In this document: positions 59,606 to 64,000 of the stretch, piece by piece | Numbering within the stretch: the first letter of the stretch is position 1 | How the letters are laid out: each line of letters starts with the position of its first letter | Source: a bacterium | GTDB taxonomy: Bacteria > Omnitrophota > Gorgyraeia > Zapsychrales > Zapsychraceae | DNA length: 64,000 nt | Direction: 5' to 3' | Assembly: GCA_030429765.1 (NCBI GenBank) | Contig: JAUIER010000007.1 | Location: 68,372 to 132,371, forward strand | The notes under the pieces: generated by a model | What the model saw: the letters and a program-made list of their open reading frames with translations, nothing else | The model's database searches: none | Told to the model about the DNA's origin: nothing | Made by a program: the position numbers and the translations under genes

Positions 59606-61518
59606 TTCTTATTCATCCTCGATCGCGCCAGCGGATATGTGACACACAAAAACAACATTTGGCACAGACAGTAGATCGCGAGATTGGTGGCCAGTCCCGA
59701 CGTAAAACCATATGAGTGTAATCCGACGCTCAATAGATTGACACCGAACCAAGCCCACATGACCACGATAATCCCCAGGATACTTCCGACCGCGACACCC
59801 AGCGGTGAGATCATCCGCCCAATCTTGGCGTGAAAGATAATCGCCGTCCATAGAATGATCATCAGCGCGCCGTTTTCTTTGGGGTCCCATCCCCAGAACC
59901 GTCCCCAGGATTGATCGGCCCAGATGCCGCCGAGATTTGTCCCCAGAAATGAAAACGTCAGACCAAAGCCCAGTGTTCCCAGCAGCACGTTGTAGGTGGA
60001 GCGTAATAATTTTTTGTCGTTGGTTTTGAAGATCGCCTGAAGCATATACACATGCCCGACAATGCCGGCTACACATGTCCCGGCGTATCCGACGGTGATC
60101 GTTGTCACATGCGTCGCCAGCCAGAAATTGGAATTCAAAACCGCGACAAGCATCTGCAAGGTATCCCCCTCGACCGCGAACTTGGCCGCGATGCTTAAAA
60201 AGGCATACCCACTGATACTGGCCACAATAATCCCCAGCCAATTCTTCATGACCTTTTCGATCACCATCCCGCACATCGCGCTGATCAGTCCCACAAAAAT
60301 AAATGTTTCATACAGATTGGATACCGGTGGCCGCTGCAGAATCATGATCCGCATTCCAAGGGCAACGGTATGCGCGATCACCGCAATCCACAGCACCGTC
60401 CAACCAATGTTACGCAACAACGGTCGGTCAATCATCAGGCTCATGGAAAATAGCAGGAATGTCAGGAAGTAAAGAATCTTGGCGTACAGGAACAGATTGG
60501 AATTGTTGTAGAACAACTCGATCTGATTGCGTTTCATCGCCTCTTCGTAACCAGACCCGGAGCGTGAGCGGGCGGATTCGACAAAATTCTTCACGGCCAA
60601 ATCAAACTCCAGATCACGGCCATCCCAGTAATGCACCAGCATCTCTTTGAGCAGCTGGAGTTCCTGTCGACCGGACTTGAGCTTGAGCGCGATCGGCAAC
60701 GCGTCCCACGGACTATGCCAACTCTCGACTTTCGGATCATACGGCGGCACGATATGGACCGGCAGATTTTGATAGATCATCGACCATTGCAGCAGACTGG
60801 CGGCTAAGCGCACAATCTCCTGCTGACCGGCCGTCCATTGATCCTGCGGCAGACTTTCCAGCGGACGGACCAGTTCGTGCAACACATTGGCGTTGCTGGC
60901 CACATCGTAGTAACTGAAGACCTCCTGTCCGGCGGGCAACCCCATCCGCTGTTTGAGCTCCGCGTCCTGGATCATAAAGTCGGGATGCGGCAGGACAAAC
61001 GAAAAAGTCAGCGTCAACGAAGAAAACAATCGCAGGTTATTGTGCACCCGGATGAGTTCGGCCTCGACGATATCACGATCTTTGGACTCGATTCGCTCGG
61101 CGGCTTCGGCCAGTTTACGCAGTTCAGGATACTTGGCTTCCAGTTCGCTGTAACTGTAGCGCCGACCCTCGGCCACCTCAATCCCCAACGACTCGACGAT
61201 CTGCGGATTGTTGATCAAAAATATTTCGTACTGCAATGATTTCCCCGGATCAAACAGGACGCGCGCCAGCCATTCGATGGCCGGCTTCTTCTGGAAGGTT
61301 TGTTTACCGGAAAACTGCAGCAAGGTGCTGCGCGCGAAGGTATCGAGCGGTTTGACCCGTCCATTGTCCAGCACCGGAATGCTTTTAAACGCGTCGTAGG
61401 ACCCCACGGTCTTGGCGATCGGACACACACCGTCCGCCGTCGGCTCCTGAGCCGCAACAGCCGTTACGAGTCCGAGTAACAAAGGAAGAATCAAAAATGT
61501 TGATTTGAAAAACTTCAT
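59602..61518 (-). CDS. ccsA: Cytochrome c biogenesis protein CcsA (system II) with long N-terminal periplasmic extension
   Basis: WWD domain WGRFWGWDPKENGALMIILWTAIIFH plus conserved His. Confidence 0.85.
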   Translation of the reverse strand: MKFFKSTFLILPLLLGLVTAVAAQEPTADGVCPIAKTVGSYDAFKSIPVLDNGRVKPLDTFARSTLLQFSGKQTFQKKPAIEWLARVLFDPGKSLQYEIFLINNPQIVESLGIEVAEGRRYSYSELEAKYPELRKLAEAAERIESKDRDIVEAELIRVHNNLRLFSSLTLTFSFVLPHPDFMIQDAELKQRMGLPAGQEVFSYYDVASNANVLHELVRPLESLPQDQWTAGQQEIVRLAASLLQWSMIYQNLPVHIVPPYDPKVESWHSPWDALPIALKLKSGRQELQLLKEMLVHYWDGRDLEFDLAVKNFVESARSRSGSGYEEAMKRNQIELFYNNSNLFLYAKILYFLTFLLFSMSLMIDRPLLRNIGWTVLWIAVIAHTVALGMRIMILQRPPVSNLYETFIFVGLISAMCGMVIEKVMKNWLGIIVASISGYAFLSIAAKFAVEGDTLQMLVAVLNSNFWLATHVTTITVGYAGTCVAGIVGHVYMLQAIFKTNDKKLLRSTYNVLLGTLGFGLTFSFLGTNLGGIWADQSWGRFWGWDPKENGALMIILWTAIIFHAKIGRMISPLGVAVGSILGIIVVMWAWFGVNLLSVGLHSYGFTSGLATNLAIYCLCQMLFLCVTYPLARSRMNKK

Positions 61519-62636
61519 CGCTTTTTCCGTTTAAAGGCCATGACTAGAAAGTGAATCGCCAACCCGGCAAAGGTCACCAGGCTCGATACGTACGGCAACA
61601 ACCGGCCAAAATTTTTGACCACCGCCAGTGTCGAGCGTATGCGCTGCGCCGAATCGATCGAATACGACGCTTGGTAAAAGGTATAGTTCTTGAATCGCAG
61701 CGGATGGTTCATGTAAATCTCGGCCCGCCGTTCAATGTCGGCATGCTCAAACTCAACAAAACTGCGATAGCTGCTGGCGATCTCCGTACCCGGATGCTTT
61801 TCCATTTCAAAACGCTCAAGCGTCATCTGGATCGGCAACTCATAGCGTTTGCGCCGCAATTGCAGATGGTAATCAGTCCCATTAATCGACACCCGGGTCG
61901 GCCGTGATTCCTTACCAAACAGGATGACATCTTGTTCAGTTCCGTCAGCCTTAATGCTGAGTAACGCGCCGGGAAAGTTTTTTTCCGGTTCGATCTCGAG
62001 ATCTGTGCGCGCGATCTCGGTGATGCCTGACGCGTTTTGCGGCGGATCCGTCTTCTGGTCCGCACCGACAAAGGCCTGAGCATTGCGGTGATACGCCTTG
62101 ACGATGACATCAAATCCTAATTCGTTGAATCGCAGCGTGTCCGCACTCTTAAAATCATCGCTATCATACGCCCAAACATCCTTGGTTGTCGGATCATTGG
62201 TGGGCTGCCACACGGATAATTCCCAGTCATGGTACGACGCGGAAACATTCGAGGACTCCCCTTCCAACAGCGTGATGTTGGATTCTTCGACAAAGTGCAG
62301 CGTGACAAACGCCCCCACGAAGTAGGTGAGCAATCCCAAATGAATGACCAGGATGCCCAGATGCGACCAGCGATAAACAAACCGCGTGATCGACACCGCG
62401 CAGAGATTGATAAACAAGACCCACAACACCAGCTGAGCCCCGGGAAATGGAAAGAAATCACCGACAAGAAAATACCACGAATTGAAAAACCGTTCCTGCG
62501 ATTCGTACAGTCCAACGGTAACCTGGGACACAGTTCCCCAAAACGTCAGGATAAACAGCAGGATCAGACAGATCACCGTGATACGAATGGAGGCCAGCGT
62601 CCGGATGATCGGATTTTTTTTGAGTGAGGCTATCAT
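61515..62636 (-). CDS. resB: Cytochrome c biogenesis protein ResB/CcsB
   Basis: N-terminal TM pair, large periplasmic domain, C-terminal TM; 4-nt overlap with ccsA. Confidence 0.8.
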   Translation of the reverse strand: MIASLKKNPIIRTLASIRITVICLILLFILTFWGTVSQVTVGLYESQERFFNSWYFLVGDFFPFPGAQLVLWVLFINLCAVSITRFVYRWSHLGILVIHLGLLTYFVGAFVTLHFVEESNITLLEGESSNVSASYHDWELSVWQPTNDPTTKDVWAYDSDDFKSADTLRFNELGFDVIVKAYHRNAQAFVGADQKTDPPQNASGITEIARTDLEIEPEKNFPGALLSIKADGTEQDVILFGKESRPTRVSINGTDYHLQLRRKRYELPIQMTLERFEMEKHPGTEIASSYRSFVEFEHADIERRAEIYMNHPLRFKNYTFYQASYSIDSAQRIRSTLAVVKNFGRLLPYVSSLVTFAGLAIHFLVMAFKRKKR

Positions 62637-62639
62637 AGT

Positions 62640-63287
62640 CTACGGACGAATCTTGAGCGAGCGACACAGCTCTTGAAACGGTTTTATGTTGGCGGACACG
62701 GACTTGGCCGTTCCGGTCATTTTGATAAAAATGGTCTTGTCGGTGGTCTCAATAATGGCGGCGTACATCGAACTCTCGGCGGACGCGAATTCCGTCAGAT
62801 CAATCAATTGCACCGCCAGGTCCCCCTGCGATCCAATCGCCTCCTGCCGGGCCAGGAACGCTGTCAACGCCTCGGCGGACGGCGGTTGCGCCCCAAGTTG
62901 ACGGATCCAGCGGGTGACGTTCGCCGCGACACCGCCTGAACTGCCTGACAACGAAACAATGGTGCACTGGATCGGATCGGCGCCCCGGCTGTTGAATGTC
63001 GCCAACCGCATACCGCTTCCCTTTTGCTCATCCCATTCGGCCGGACGTTCCCATAGCAGATCCACGTCAGCCACCGACGCATCCAGCATACGCTGCAAAT
63101 TGGGATCATCCGTACGCTGCGACGGATCCACCCGCGTAAACATATTGCCGTGCGGATTGGGCATGTTGGCCATATCCGTGGGCGGGACCTCGATGACCTC
63201 GGTGTATCGACGCAGCTCCGGCCCCCGATCACAGGACACGGCTGTCATGCAGATAACAATCAAAACTATGTTGAATACTTGTTTCAT
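62640..63287 (-). CDS. Hypothetical lipoprotein
   Basis: Lipobox AVSC; 3 nt downstream of resB. Confidence 0.3.
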   Translation of the reverse strand: MKQVFNIVLIVICMTAVSCDRGPELRRYTEVIEVPPTDMANMPNPHGNMFTRVDPSQRTDDPNLQRMLDASVADVDLLWERPAEWDEQKGSGMRLATFNSRGADPIQCTIVSLSGSSGGVAANVTRWIRQLGAQPPSAEALTAFLARQEAIGSQGDLAVQLIDLTEFASAESSMYAAIIETTDKTIFIKMTGTAKSVSANIKPFQELCRSLKIRP

Positions 63288-63359
63288 GGCTGGAAATTTT
63301 ATCCCTTAATTGTAGTCGGATTCGATCGAAACTCAAGCAAATAATTTGCTTAACAACGC

Positions 63360-63387
63360 CTGACAGATCACTGATATGGTGTATAAT
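63360..63387 (+). promoter_or_regulatory. Sigma70-like promoter (CTGACA-16 nt-TATAAT) placing the TSS at or near the ABC ATPase ATG
   Basis: Perfect -10 TATAAT at 63382..63387; ATG at 63394. Confidence 0.35.
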
Positions 63388-63393
63388 GAGCCT

Positions 63394-64000
63394 ATGATCA
63401 GTATTAAGTCCCTTCGGGTCGATTATGAAAATGTCAGCGCGGTTCAAGACCTGGACCTGGAGATCCAGCAAGGGCAGATCTACGGCCTTGTGGGACCGAA
63501 CGGCGCCGGTAAGACATCGACCATTAAGGCCCTGGCCGGTATCATTGAACCCACCTATGGTGAAATCCGTATCGCCGGCATTGATCTGGAAATCGAACAT
63601 CACAAGGCCCTGCAACAGCTGGGATACATGCCTGACTTTCCGCCGGTCTACGAAAATCTCAAGGTTTGGGAGTATCTGGATGTCTTTGCGGCAGCCTACC
63701 TAATCCCGCACCGAGAACGACCGCAGAAAATTCTACACTGGCTGACCCGGGTCAATCTACTCGAAAAACAAAACACCTTCATTCGCGAACTGTCGCGCGG
63801 AATGCGCCAGCGCCTGGTGCTCGCGAAAACACTTTTGCATGACCCGAAGGTCTTATTGCTGGACGAACCGGCCAGTGGGCTTGATCCCATCGCCCGAAAG
63901 GATATGCGTGACATTTTGCTCAGCGTGGCCTCGGAAAACAAGACCATCATCATTTCCAGTCACATCTTAACGGAGCTCAAGGAATTTTGTAACGCCGTGG
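63394..64000 (+). CDS. ABC transporter ATP-binding protein (partial, runs off window end)
   Basis: Hand translation MISIKSLRVDYENVSAVQDLDLEIQQGQIYGLVGPNGAGKTST...; Walker A, Q-loop, LSRGMRQRL signature, Walker B LLLDEP. Confidence 0.85.
   Translation, partial: MISIKSLRVDYENVSAVQDLDLEIQQGQIYGLVGPNGAGKTSTIKALAGIIEPTYGEIRIAGIDLEIEHHKALQQLGYMPDFPPVYENLKVWEYLDVFAAAYLIPHRERPQKILHWLTRVNLLEKQNTFIRELSRGMRQRLVLAKTLLHDPKVLLLDEPASGLDPIARKDMRDILLSVASENKTIIISSHILTELKEFCNAV

Overview
Nearly all genes in this 64 kb bacterial window lie on the minus strand. GC is moderate (about 50-55%) with several conspicuously AT-rich islets, and genes carry canonical AAGGAGG-type Shine-Dalgarno sites. Phylum is not determinable from sequence alone, but gene content suggests a diderm bacterium with split cytochrome b, many ECF sigma factors and many secreted proteins. 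No rRNA, tRNA, CRISPR array, transposase or integrase was found.

The 3' two thirds (about 35.4-62.6 kb) is a dense bioenergetic/cofactor block:
- a cytochrome bc-type complex operon (Rieske, split cytochrome b6, extended subunit IV, octaheme cytochrome c) plus two extra co-operonic genes of unknown function;
- a HEAT-repeat protein;
- a complete F-type ATP synthase operon, in operon order atpZ-atpI-atpB-atpE-atpF-atpH-atpA-atpG-atpD-atpC;
- an amino-acid permease fused to EIIA(Ntr)/TrkA_C domains;
- a TMEM14 homolog beside hemA/hemH;
- aroG;
- a tightly overlapping operon resB-ccsA-moeA-moaD-rhodanese-GDPD-membrane protein.

The 5' third (0-35 kb) is accessory-like:
- housekeeping enzymes (ElbB, RidA, SSB, MBL-fold hydrolase);
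- two ECF sigma/anti-sigma modules, one with a vWA/YfbK-type anti-sigma;
- an MBOAT/SGNH acylation pair and a fused MFS/spermidine synthase;
- four rhodanese-domain genes in the window;
- a secreted SoxZ-like protein with a proline-rich 11-residue repeat tail;
- several low-GC ORFans, including a small TM protein plus 191-aa protein pair.

Non-coding signals include a candidate orphan sRNA at 55951..56050 with a near-consensus sigma70 promoter and an intrinsic terminator. The most promising novel-biology candidates are the extended bc-complex operon, the SoxZ-like/rhodanese sulfur locus, the TMEM14-heme linkage and the low-GC two-gene module at 14.4-15.2 kb.
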